The notes beneath the pieces were generated by a model. It was not told the origin of the DNA. It did not search any database and was given only the letters and a program-made list of their open reading frames with translations. A DNA stretch of 64,000 nt, taken from contig JAUCBJ010000359.1 in NCBI GenBank assembly GCA_032718475.1, positions 23,004-87,003 on the forward strand. The letters run 5' to 3'. The stretch is from Nemertoderma westbladi. Lineage: Eukaryota > Animalia > Xenacoelomorpha. The position numbers and the translations under genes are program-made. Shown one piece after another: positions 42,000-52,961 of this stretch; within the stretch, counting starts at the first letter, position 1, and every line of letters begins with the position of its first letter.

Positions 42000-44900
42000 A
42001 TGGCTACTGCACTTTCTCATGGCACAAACTTGAATGTTAATAATAATACTGTATCAATTGTGTCATATAATTCGACCGGTATGGGAATTGATAAAGTAGA
42101 CTTCATTAATACATTATTGTTAGGCACGGATATTGTTTGTATTCAGGAACATTTTATTTTGAAAGACAATTGTTATAAATTTAGGTTGTTTTTCCCCGAT
42201 TGTGATTACGGCGTAGTCCCGGCGACTTTTTTGAGTGATGAAGTTTCTCGTGGTAGACCAAGCGGCGGTCTTTGTATCCTTTGGAAAAAATCGCTATCTA
42301 AATATATTTCTATAATCAATACTGGTAATAATATTAGATATCAGGCAGTTATTTTTAATTTTCCAAATAACAAGTTGCTGTTGATCAATTCATATTTTCC
42401 GGTAGATAATCAGAACAGCCCTACAGTTTCAGAGGAGTTGTTCACTTTGCTTAATAGTATCAAGGACACAGTAACTACGTCACAGTTTGATAATCTGTTA
42501 TGGGTGGGAGATTTAAATGCAGATTTAAATCGTAGTTCGATACATGTACGTACTGTAATTGATTACATAGAAACCCTTTCCATTTTTTGTTTATGGAACG
42601 TTTTCCCAATTGACTACACTTACTTGTCAATGTTCAACAATGTTATCCACCGTTCTACAATAGATCATTTTCTTGTTAGCCACAATTTATTAGATGCTTG
42701 TTTTGAGGCCAATGTTATTCATTCTGGTGCAAATATATCAAACCACAGCCCTATATATTTTAAATTTAAAGTTGATGCTTTAAATCCCAATATTATTTCT
42801 GAGCCTCCTCCAGTTAAATATTCTTATGATAAAGCAACTGATCAACAAAAGGCAAGTTATCATTCGTTACTGAATGATTTGCTGATAAATGTTTCTTTAG
42901 AGACTGATTGTCATAATTGCAATAATCTTTTATGTTCTAAACCTGAACATCGGTTGTTTATTGAAAAATACACAATGCAGCTATTGGAGGCTATTGAGAA
43001 TGCAGCTGAGATTTTGCCACATACTGGAGGCGTTATAAACCGCAAGCGATTTCAAATATTGCCCGGTTGGAACGAACATGTGAGAGATTTTAAAATAGAT
43101 GCTATGTTTTGGCATGATGTTTGGAGTGCTGCGGGGAAACCAACTGGTGCTAATAGTTATCTCTTTCATAAACGCCGTACTACTCGTGCCCAATATCAAT
43201 ATGCTATACGCAGGTTAAAAAAAGCACAGGGTATCATTAAACGTAATAAAATTTTGCAGGCCTGTTTAAGTGGTACTACTGGTATTTTTGATGAAATCAA
43301 AAAATTTAGAGGGAATGTGCGAGTGCAATCGAGTTCTATTAATGGTAAAACTGATTCGTCAGATATTGCGGATATTTTTGCTAATATTTATAATGTTTTA
43401 TATAATCAGGACATTTCTTGTGATGTGAAATTATCGGATGTTGAATCCAAGCTGGCTGACGAAATTAAAAAGATTAATAACACTAATGTGAATAATGTGA
43501 ACCAACCCAATGGTACTGGCCTTAGTGAACTTTTATCGCCCCGTATTATACATGAGGCTTTACTGCGATTAAAGAATAATAAATCAGACGTCAGTTACAG
43601 TTTTGATTCCGGTGCACTGATTAATGGCGGTGCTTTTCTTGAAAGTCACCTTGCCAAGTTATTTAATGCTTTCTTATCACATGGCTTTGTGTCTAAATGT
43701 TTGTTATCTATTTCTATGATACCAATTGTGAAAAATAAGTTGGGGGACATTTCTGCAGATACTAATTATAGGACTATTGCAATATCTGCGTTACTTTTGA
43801 AAGTTTTTGAGTGAGTAATGTTATTAGGGGAAGGTTCGAAATTAAAATTGGATGATCTCCAATTTGGTTTCCGTAGTGAATCTAGAGTACTGTGATGTGC
43901 ACTATGCACTATTGCTCTAGTGCACTAGTGCACTATTACTATGCCAGACATTCAACGCCAGTTTTTGGGTGCCTGTTGGATTTCACGAAGGCTTTTGACC
44001 TGATCCAATGGCCAATTCTATTTTTGGAGTTACTAAAAAAGGGATTTTCTGTGTTATATCTAAGGTGTTTGCTTTTCATTTACTGTAATCAAATTTGTGC
44101 GGTGAAATGGTTAAATAGCGATTCGTTTAAATTCTCAATCACTAACGGAGTACGTCAAGGTGCAGTATGCTCCCCTATTTTGTTTTGCATTGTTCTGAAT
44201 ATGCTGATTAGTTCATTACGTAAATCTCAGGTAGGTTGCTTTATTGGTAATTATTATTTTGGGGTATTAGCGTACGCAGACGATGTGTTTTTACTTTGTC
44301 CTTCAGTAGTAGGCCTTCAGTTTATGGTTAATCTGTGTAAAGAATTTTGCAGTAAGTATAATCTACGACTGAGTACTGATGTTAATGTGGAAAAGTGTAA
44401 ATGTAAATGTATCCCGTTTGGTTTCCGTTGGAATCCACCGGCATTTCGAATAGAAATTAATGATATTCAATTGCCTTGGGTTAAAGAGGCTACTCATCTA
44501 GGAATACTTATCGATTATAAGTGCCGTTTAACTGGTGATATTTTGCGAAAAAGGGGACAATTTATTGGTAAACTAAATAATATTAAGCAAGAATTTGGAT
44601 TTGCACATCCTAGTAATATTTTACAAATACAGAGATTATATGCAATGTCGTTTTATGGTAGTAATACCTGGAATTTGTGGTCTAATGAGTGCCGTAGATT
44701 ATTAACAAGTTGGAATATTAACGTTAGGATTACCTGTCGTCTACCATACAATTCTCATAGGTTCATAGTGCAGGAAATTCCGGGTTTTATGCACCCATGG
44801 GTGATTATTTGTAAAAATTTCGTAACTTTCAGCAATACTTTATTACACTCAAATAGGACGTGCATACGGTTTTTAGCTAAACTGTTGTTATCGGATTGCA

Positions 44901-45139
44901 GGTCAATAAGTGGTAGAAATTTACGTAATATTGCAACAGAGTGTGATACTTCAAACCTATCTATTTTAACGCCTGCATTAATTAGTACGAAACTTAAGTA
45001 TGTTCCTATTCCATCAGGTGAAGAATGGAAAGTAGATACATGTAAAGATTTAATTGATGCCTTAATCGGTTTTTCGGTGATTCCGGGTTTTGAGGGTGAA
45101 GAGATCCAAAGTTTACTAAACTATATTTCATCGTGCTAG
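42000..45139 (+). pseudogene. LINE A ORF2: apurinic-like endonuclease + reverse transcriptase, disrupted (nonsense codon at 43812-43814, frameshift at ~43884)
   Basis: APE motifs SYNSTG, CIQEH, GDLNAD, IDHF, SNH. RT motifs NYRTIA, QFGF, LDFTKAFD, GVRQG, YADD. ORFs 42000..43814 and 43892..45139 join into one. TGA stands where element C has Trp (KLFEWVM), and an extra AG in TCTAGAGTACT shifts the frame. Confidence 0.94.
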
Positions 45140-45355
45140 AAGTAAGTAAATAGTTATTTTTTCGTTAACTTTTGTTGTATGTATAAGTATTGTGCATATT
45201 GAATATAGTATATTCCCGTGCCTTTTATACACCACACTACGTACGCTCTTTATAATATGTGCTACTAATAATTACTATACTACAGTGCTGTGCCATTACT
45301 TATTAATGTTGTGTTACTTTACTTAATTTGTACTTATACGTTGTATAATGTACGT

Positions 45356-45376
45356 AATAAACAAATAAACAAATAA
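45356..45376 (+). repeat. LINE A 3' tandem tail (AAATAAAC)n
   Basis: AATAAAC AAATAAAC AAATAA is followed immediately by satellite GGCAAAATATTACT. Confidence 0.85.
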
Positions 45377-46917
45377 GGCAAAATATTACTAAAATAGAGA
45401 ACGCTACCTATAATGGGAAAATATTAGTAAAATAGAGAACACTATATAATGGCAAAATATTAGTAAAATAGAGAACGCTACCTATAATGGGAAAATATTA
45501 GTAAAATAGAGAACGCTACCTATAAGGCAAAATATTAGTAAAATAGAGAACGCTACCTATAATGGGAAAATATTAGTAAAATAGAGAACGCTACCTATAA
45601 GGCAAAATATTAGTAAAATAGAGAACGCTACCTATAATGGGAAAATATTAGTAAAATAGAGAACGCTACCTATAATGGCAAAATATTAGTAAAATAGAGA
45701 ACGCTACCTATAAGGCAAAATATTACTAAAATAGAACAGAAAATATAAAATATTTGTAAAATAGAGAACGCTACCTATAATGGGAAAATATTAGTAAAAT
45801 AGAGAACGCTACCTATAAGGCAAAATATTAGTAAAATAGAGAATGCTACCTATAATGGGAAAATATTAGTAAAATAGAGAACGCTACCTATAAGGCAAAA
45901 TATTAGTAAAATAGAGAACGCTACCTATAATGGGAAAATATTAGTAAAATAGAGAACACTATATAATGGCAAAATATTAGTAAAATAGAGAACGCTACCT
46001 ATAATGGGAAAATATTAGTAAAATAGAGAACGCTACCTATAATGGGAAAATATTAGTAAAATAGAGAACGCTACCTATAAGGCAAAATATTAGTAAAATA
46101 GAGAACGCTACCTAAAAGGGAAAATATTAGTAAAATAGAGAACGCTACCTGTAATGGCAAAATATTAGTAAAATAGAGAATGCTACCTATAATGGCAAAA
46201 TATTAGTAAAATAGAGAACGCTATATAATGGCAAAATATTAGTAAAATAGAGAACGCTACCTATAATGGGAAAATATTAGTAAAATAGAGAACGCTACCT
46301 ATAATGGCAAAATATTAGTAAAATAGAGAACGCTATATAATGGCAAAATATTAGTAAAATAGAGAACGCTACCTATAATGGGAAAATATTAGTAAAATAG
46401 AGAACGCTACCTATAAGGCAAAATATTACTAAAATAGAGAACGCTACCTATAATGGGAAAATATTAGTAAAATAGTGAACGCTACCTATAATGGGAAAAT
46501 ATTAGTAAAATAGTGAACGCTACCTATAATGGGAAAATATTAGTAAAATAGTGAACGCTACCTATAATGGGAAAATATTAGTAAAATAGTGAACGCTACC
46601 TGTAATGGCAAAATATTAGTAAAATAGAGAACACTACCTGTAATGGCAAAATATTAGTAAAATAGAGAACACTACCTATAATGGGAAAATATTAGTAAAA
46701 TAGAGAACGCTACCTATAAGGCAAAATATTACTAAAATAGAGAACGCTATATAATGGGAAAATATTAGTAAAATAGTGAACGCTACCTATAATGGGAAAA
46801 TATTAGTAAAATAGTGAACGCTACCTATAAGGCAAAATATTAGTAAAATAGAGAACGCTACCTGTAATGGCAAAATATTAGTAAAATGGAGAACGCTACC
46901 TGTAATTGCAAAATAAT
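45377..46917 (+). repeat. 38-bp satellite segment between LINE A and LINE B
   Basis: Same monomer and orientation as 1-40341. Confidence 0.98.
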
Positions 46918-46929
46918 AATAATAATAAT
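46912..46929 (-). repeat. LINE B 3' tail (ATT)6
   Basis: AATAATAATAATAATAAT on + strand merges with satellite variant GCAAAATAAT. AATAAA lies ~12 nt upstream on the minus strand. Confidence 0.85.
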
Positions 46930-47040
46930 ATAATACTTTCTTTTATTTCCATAACCCAAATATATATATATATATAAATGAGGCAGCACCGTAATGAATT
47001 ACTTTAGCTGATAATAGCTGGAAATAAGTGTCAAGTAGGG

Positions 47041-47063
47041 CTTGCAGGGGCTCGCCTGCCAAG
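47041..47063 (-). other. Candidate 3' UTR stem-loop of LINE B
   Basis: CTTGCAGG-ggctcg-CCTG(c)CAAG gives an 8-bp stem with one bulge, GC-rich in an AT-rich UTR, ~110 nt from the tail. L2/CR1-group LINEs use 3' stem-loops for RT recognition. Confidence 0.45.
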
Positions 47064-48755
47064 ACTACAGTGGAGTTGAACTAATACACAAAATTAGCTA
47101 ATTAATTAAGTAAACAGTTGCCGGTAATATATAATTATCATCACAGTCACCCAGACACAATAATTTCGTGACACATCCCGAGGCAGGATAGCGGCACGAA
47201 AATAAATGTCAACAAATAATGCATCCCTCATTGATCCTTACACACATAATTGGTTTTATGTTATGCCGTCGTATCGATGATATTGGCTGATAAATTTTTT
47301 TTTAATTGAATTGAGAAATGATTTGTAGTCCTTTTGTAGTTTAGTTGATTTATCTAAAGAGTTCCAGATTTTTATTAATGATACAATTATACTTGAGAAA
47401 CCATAATCATTATTTGTACTTGGTATTTTAATATTTCCTGTTCTAGAATTAATAATTTGATCGGCAGTAGTGTTTTTAATAGTTTTGTTATTAGTAGTAT
47501 AATGTGGGTTTCCCTGTATTCTAATGTTGTTTGTATGTAAAAGTGGTAGTTGTAATTGTTTGAAAGGGCGTGATAGTTTATTTACATATTTATAAAAAAA
47601 TTTTAAACCAGTGTACTCTCTAAGTGAGTATAGATTTGGTAATTTAGCTAAGGTGCGTAGCTGCGTGCCAGTCAGGTCACGTATTTTTTTACTGAAAACT
47701 ATGCGAAGGCCGTAATTTTGTTGTTTATCTAGGTTGTATAATAGTTCTTTATATCCATGTTTTTTATGTAGGGGCGCTAGTAAATTACTACAGTAATTGT
47801 GATGTGGTAAAACTGTTGCCTTAAATATATTTAATTTAGTTTTAACAGATAACTGGCCCTTGATTCTCCGCAAACAGGAGTTCGCCAGTCCCATTTTATT
47901 AGATATGGATTTAATTTGGCACTTCCAATTCAATTTATTATCTATATAGACGCCCAAATATTTTATATTTTCAGATTGGGGTATTATGGTATTTTTTGTT
48001 GTTAGTTTTATATCATCAGTTTCAGGGGAGCGACTGTGCGGGGATAATAGTAAGAATTCTGTCTTGTCCGTATTAAGGTTTAGGTGTAGGTTTGCAAAAG
48101 TAGTCTCTAGGTCATTTACTTGTTTTTCTAGTGTCGCCGTAGCTATTTTTGGATCAGTATGTGAAAAAAATATCAGAGTGTCATCAGCGTATTGCACAAG
48201 ATCAAGATCAAAGAAAGTTTTTAAATTATTTACATATAAAAGGAATAATAGTGGTCCTAACTGCGTTCCTTGAGGTACCCCCCTGTTTATAGTTTCCCAT
48301 TTTGAATAAGTCTCATTTATTTTAACACGTTGTGGCCTGTCCCTTAAGAAATTTTCTAGCAGTGTAATGGCGGTCCGATGTAATCCCAGGCATTTTAGTT
48401 TTTTAAGCAGAATCGCGTGGTTTAAAGAATTGAAAGCCTTAGAGAGATCCAAAGCAGCTACAGCCACAAATTTATTTTTATCTACTTGTGCTCTCCATGA
48501 CTCTGTGGTATAAATAATTGCATCAGATGTGGAATAGCCCTTTTGGAAACCAAATTGTTTTTTATTAATCAATTTATGCTTATTTATGTAGATGTATAAT
48601 TGGTTTCTTATTACTTTTTCAAAAATTTTCTCAAATGTCGATGTTACAGATATTGGGCGGTAATTTTCGGGGTCTAAAATGTCACCTTTTTTATATACAG
48701 GAGTTATATCACTTAGTTTCAGTTTCTGAGGGAAGACTGAAGTGGTTAGACATTT

Positions 48756-49592
48756 GTGGCTGGCCACGAGAAAAGGGACCTTATGTCACCGGAGGTCGAT
48801 TTTGAGTTATTAGGCCTATGAGATGCAGAATTTTCCAGAGATTTTAACAAAAAAAACTGTGTCTCAATATCTATTTCTAAAAAAAAGTTATAGCGATTTA
48901 TGTGAAGGTGAATCGGGTAGCAAAAAAATTTTTATTAATAGCGGTTATAATAAGCGATTATTAAAAAAAATGGAAAATATTAATAATATCAAAGCAATTC
49001 TTACTATATAGTTAGGCAGCTCAGTGTTATTCGGCTTTTTATACAACTTTTAACACTTTGAAACTATTAATATTGTTCATGAACTATTTTAAAAAAAATT
49101 TTGCAAAATTTTCAAAAAAACATGTAACCAAAAAAATTTTTTTTTAATTTAAAATTTTTTCAAAAAGATAAATTTTTTTAACAAAATTTAAAATTATTTG
49201 TATTTTGAATTCTTTATTGGGATTACAAAATTTAAGAACTAACGAAGATAAATTAAGAAAATGACAGCCATATTGCATTTAAAAAATAACTGTAGGCCTA
49301 CAGTACCTACATATTACAGTAGTACAAATACAATTTATTAGTCCTAAATTCAGACATGAAAACCCTAAGACAGTGTTATATACAACACTGCAACATCTTA
49401 TATAGCTTCCTGTAATTAGTTATTTCCTAGGTATATTGAATATCAGAACCAATTTGAATTTCCCTCATCGTTTTATACATTTCTAAATTGATAATCCAAT
49501 TAAATTTGTTCAAAAATAGAGGGAAACTTTAAACGCGATTATCTCAGAATCAGGTTTTGCGACATAAGGTCCCTTTTCTCGTGGCCAGCCAC
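48756..49592. mobile_element. 837-bp non-autonomous DNA transposon (MITE), Sola1-like
   Basis: Perfect 32-bp TIRs GTGGCTGGCCACGAGAAAAGGGACCTTATGTC (48756-48787 and reverse complement 49561-49592). ATTT is duplicated at 48752-48755 and 49593-49596. Very AT-rich non-coding interior. A 4-bp AWWT duplication with short TIRs fits Sola1, but the superfamily call is less certain than the element. Confidence 0.9.
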
Positions 49593-51185
49593 ATTTATTG
49601 ATAATAAGTGTTAATGGAGTAACTATTTGGTATCTAACAAGCTTAATAATTTTAGGTGGCATACTGGATGGACCATTTGGTTTATTTATATTTATTTTGC
49701 TTAGGATATCAAATACTTCCATGTCACTAACGTTGAAAAATGCAAATTCAGGCCTTAACTGCATCTGCGATTCTTCATTGTAAGAAGTGGTATTATTAGA
49801 CCAATCCTTATTGTAGTGATGGGAAGTATTTGATGTTTTGAGTCCTAGGTTTAAAAATACCCTATTGAAAATCTTAGCGATACTGGATTTAGTGTTGTAA
49901 ATAATATTGTCCATATCCCTTAAGCGATTAATTTTGGTTTGTGCCTTTTTTTTATTTAGAATAGAATTAATTATATTCCACCGCAGTTTTGGATCCTTCG
50001 CAGTGCCAAATTTATCCCGCATGTGCTGGTTTTTCATATACTTATTTAGATTATTATATTTGTTACGTGCACTTTTGAAGGCTTTATAATAAAAATCCTG
50101 TTTTGTGGATCGCCATTGTTGTAGTTTGTTCATTTTTTCTTTACGTAGTTCTTCAAGCTCCTTCGTCCACCATGGAGTATTGATCGGCGGTTTTTTGTTC
50201 TCGACAATCAATATTCTCCTGAATGGCGCATGGATATCAAGAACGGCCTCCATTTTCGCTTCCAAATAGTCATAGCAAAAATTTACGTCCGGACTGTGAT
50301 ACAATGGCGACCAATCAATTTTGTTAATGTCCTCAATGAATTTTGATTCCGAAAATTGTTTGAAGTTTCTAATAGTTTTCCAACTTTTTTCATTATTTTG
50401 GTTGTCCAATTTGTAATTTATATTTGTATTTAATATTACAGTTTTGTGATCAGAAAAATCGCAAAATATAGTAGATGTGTTAATTATTGGTAGATTGTTA
50501 TCTGAGGTGATAATGAGGTCAAGTAAGGAGTTTTTGTTTTTCCAAAACGAGTCGGTTCGCTGCTATTAATTAATTTCAGGTCGTATTTAGAAAGCATTTC
50601 ATGGAGATCCCTTGTTTTAATGTTATTTTTATCAAGAATATCGATATTAAAGTCACCTCCCATTATAATCTCGGTCGATGGATTGTTAATAGCATTCTCG
50701 ATTTCCTCACTGAAATCTGTTATGAAATTCTTTGAGTTGGGTGGGTTATAAGTAACATTTATAAGAAATCGATTATCTACTTCAACCCAAAGCGAGTCGT
50801 ACGGTACCTTCTTATTTTTTATTTTGATGTCAGGACGTATTTTTTGAGACATGTTGTCTGGTATATACAATAATACCCCACCTCCTCGTTTCCTCCTGCG
50901 ATCGCGATCGCATCGATGAACGTTGAATCCCGGCAGAGCAATGGAGCGGTTCGAGTGTCTTTGTTTCAGCCAAGATTCTGTGATACCTATTATTATATTG
51001 CTTGAAATACCAGACAAGATATCCTTTAGTTCGTCATAATTTTTTACTAAGCTACGGGTATTTAAGATCATATATTTCAGATTGTTTTGATTTATAATTA
51101 AGTGTTCTCGAATATTATCAGTATTTTTACTACTCCTCCTACGTTCTGACTGTTTATTTAATTTAATATTTATTTTTTTTAGGAT

Positions 51186-51212
51186 TGGTCCTGGGTTTAG
51201 GTGTATATCTCC
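51186..51212 (-). other. 2A-like (StopGo) motif GDIHLNPGP in LINE B ORF2
   Basis: QLIHRCGDIHLNPGP matches D(V/I)ExNPGP except E->H. It lies just upstream of the APE domain, where 2A-like peptides are known in APE-type non-LTR elements. Confidence 0.8.
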
Positions 51213-52322
51213 ACATCTATGAATTAGCTGAGAGATTATTAAAGCATGTATTATAGATATTTGTATAAGGATAGGAGTTAACAGTGCAATTATGTCTATA
51301 ATTATATTTGCTTTGGAAGTTAATTTAGAAGTGTTATTTATAGAGCATATTATTGAGTTATTGTTAGTGGTAGTTTTATTTTTATTTGGTGATTTATGAG
51401 ATACGAGACCTGGCTGCCACCAGCTACACGCGCTAATGTATATTATTATTATTGTATTTAAACTACGTCTAATTGAAGTACTGGTGGGACATAGATGAGT
51501 AAGTATTCTTATTGTTAGTGATGTTAAAATGAAGTTTGATATTAGTATTGCTATTGGTAGAGTTGTAGTCAGTATGGAGGTAATAGATTTGTCAGTAAGC
51601 TTACGTTGAGTATAAAGAGATATATTGACTAGTAGTCCTAGTATTATATTACATATTACGAGTGTCGATACCATTAAATTATATTTTAATTTGTATTTTT
51701 TGGATTTATATTTGATATACCGTAATGCACCCGTTATCAATGAATTAAGATACGACATAGTAGATATGCATACTTTTGAGAAAATTTTTCGACGAATTAA
51801 ATTGCAAATGATAGTAAATATAAATTTGGTTGAGATATATGTAAATATATATATCAACTTTAATAAGGAGGAGGGATGTATCATTCCACTACCTATAATA
51901 ACAACCAACAATCGTAACAATGTGTAACCATTACAACAATGATGTATAATTTGTAGTTTTACTTTATGTGACGTATTAAAAACGGCAGGTTTGATGTATA
52001 ATTTGAGCCCCCGCTTCGCAAGTTTTACGAATGTTAATATTAAAAAAGAAAATAGGAGGCGCTGATTGAACATTAGTATAAGACAGCAGAAATCACAAAA
52101 TATAGTCATACCAGAGAATTTCTCAAAGCGACCATTGCAGTAAAATAGAGTATCGCAGTAAAATATACTAAGTATAATCATTATACTATAAAAAATGGTA
52201 AAATTTATCATTAAATAACAAGTGAACATTATAAAATGGTCATTCTGGATATTATTTAGAGATACAGTCGATCTGGATAAAATGTTAAAAATACGTTTGA
52301 TATATTTATTTACGATTTATCA

Positions 52323-52957
52323 TTAAAAATATTGCTCAGTCAGCGGTGTGCTGCTGGCTGTAATTGCTCTAATTAAGGCTATCGCAGAATCGACTATTGG
52401 GTTACTGTCATTACGATTCATTCCGCGATTCCCGTATTGATTGATCGCATCCAACGGAGTTGGCCGCTGCAACTGCCGAGATGTTGCCGTGTTGAATTGT
52501 TGTAGCTGCGGGTTTCTGTACATCGGCTGGTTATGTGGGATTTGCCGTCCCATGGATGGAGGAAAACTCCAGGCCGATTGTATTGGAAATTGGCGGCTTG
52601 GGAGAGACGGGAACTCTAGCGAGTTGTTCATTAGATGAGCTGGTTGTGGGTTACCGGTATTCGAGCGAATGAATGGTTGCCGGATCGTTCTGACGGTTTG
52701 ATCTTTGTTTGTTAGCTTTGTTCCGTGTAGCTGCGATTTAATGTTCCTTGCTAAGATACCTACATACTTTGCCGCGATATGCTTGGAATCGACTAAGTGA
52801 GATTGTGTTATATTATCCTGAGGAACGAGAATCACGCCATTAATATTAGCACATAGAGTTTGTAGTGCCTTGTTAATCGGTTCCACTTTGACATCGGATC
52901 TAACGATGAGCTCGGATACGTAAAAACGACAATTTGGCCACCGTTTACGCAGGTAAA
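52323..52957 (-). pseudogene. LINE B ORF1, 5'-truncated: C-terminal half of SGNH/GDSL esterase-like domain plus Q/P/N-rich tail
   Basis: Frame stays open upstream of the track's GTG start to the junction: YLRKRWPNCRFYVSELIVRSDVKVEPINKALQTLC...QDNITQSHLVDSKHIAAKYVGILARNIK. DxxH followed by a helix fits SGNH block V, and esterase ORF1s are established in CR1/L2-group LINEs. Confidence 0.72.
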
Positions 52958-52961
52958 AAAA

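Larger units (their letters stand above)
40342..45376 (+). mobile_element. LINE A: near full-length two-ORF APE-type non-LTR retrotransposon, RTEX-like, inactivated
   Basis: Sharp satellite junctions, ~34-bp 5' leader, ORF1, APE+RT ORF2, 3' UTR and tandem-repeat tail. ATAA is present at both junctions (40338-40341 and 45373-45376). Clade inferred from motifs (SYNSTG, RGRPSGG, PGWNEHV, GVRQGAVCSPILF), not from a tree. Confidence 0.93.
47256..52229 (-). pseudogene. LINE B ORF2: hydrophobic N-terminal region - 2A-like motif - APE endonuclease - reverse transcriptase; one frameshift (~50533) and one TIR-element insertion
   Basis: Three track ORFs (50484..52229, 49510..50409, 47256..48767) join. 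Adding one A to the A5 run restores ...PTRFGKTKNSLLDLIIT...DFSDHKTV... in frame with 49510..50409. Removing 48756-49592 plus one ATTT restores ...LIINKCLTTSVFP... APE motifs LNTRSL, ITESWL, GGGVLLY, YNPP, GDFNID, SDH. Confidence 0.93.
46912..52961 (-). mobile_element. LINE B: 5'-truncated CR1/L2-group (possibly Crack/Daphne-like) non-LTR retrotransposon with nested TIR element
   Basis: On the minus strand: partial ORF1, ORF2 with APE and RT, 3' UTR, AATAAA (46942-46947) and (ATT)6 tail (46912-46929). RT motifs PVYKKGD, NYRPIS, QFGF, LDLSKAF, GVPQGTQLGPLLFLLYVN, YADD, YLG. Confidence 0.93.

Noticed and set aside
40366-43199. Antisense ORFs 40366..40845, 41139..41384, 41620..41823, 42981..43199
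   Set aside because: Shadow frames opposite LINE A ORFs with no recognisable motifs.
48752-48767. Start MASHK of ORF 47256..48767 and C-terminus GWPREKGPY... of ORF 49510..50409 as real protein termini
   Set aside because: Both are read-through into the MITE terminal inverted repeats.
48823-49011. 62-aa ORF in the MITE as a transposase remnant
   Set aside because: Low-complexity K/I/N-rich translation of AT-rich DNA with no catalytic motifs.
47986-52638. Plus-strand ORFs 47986..48273, 49598..49783, 49907..50089, 51625..51927, 52441..52638
   Set aside because: Short antisense shadows of LINE B coding sequence.
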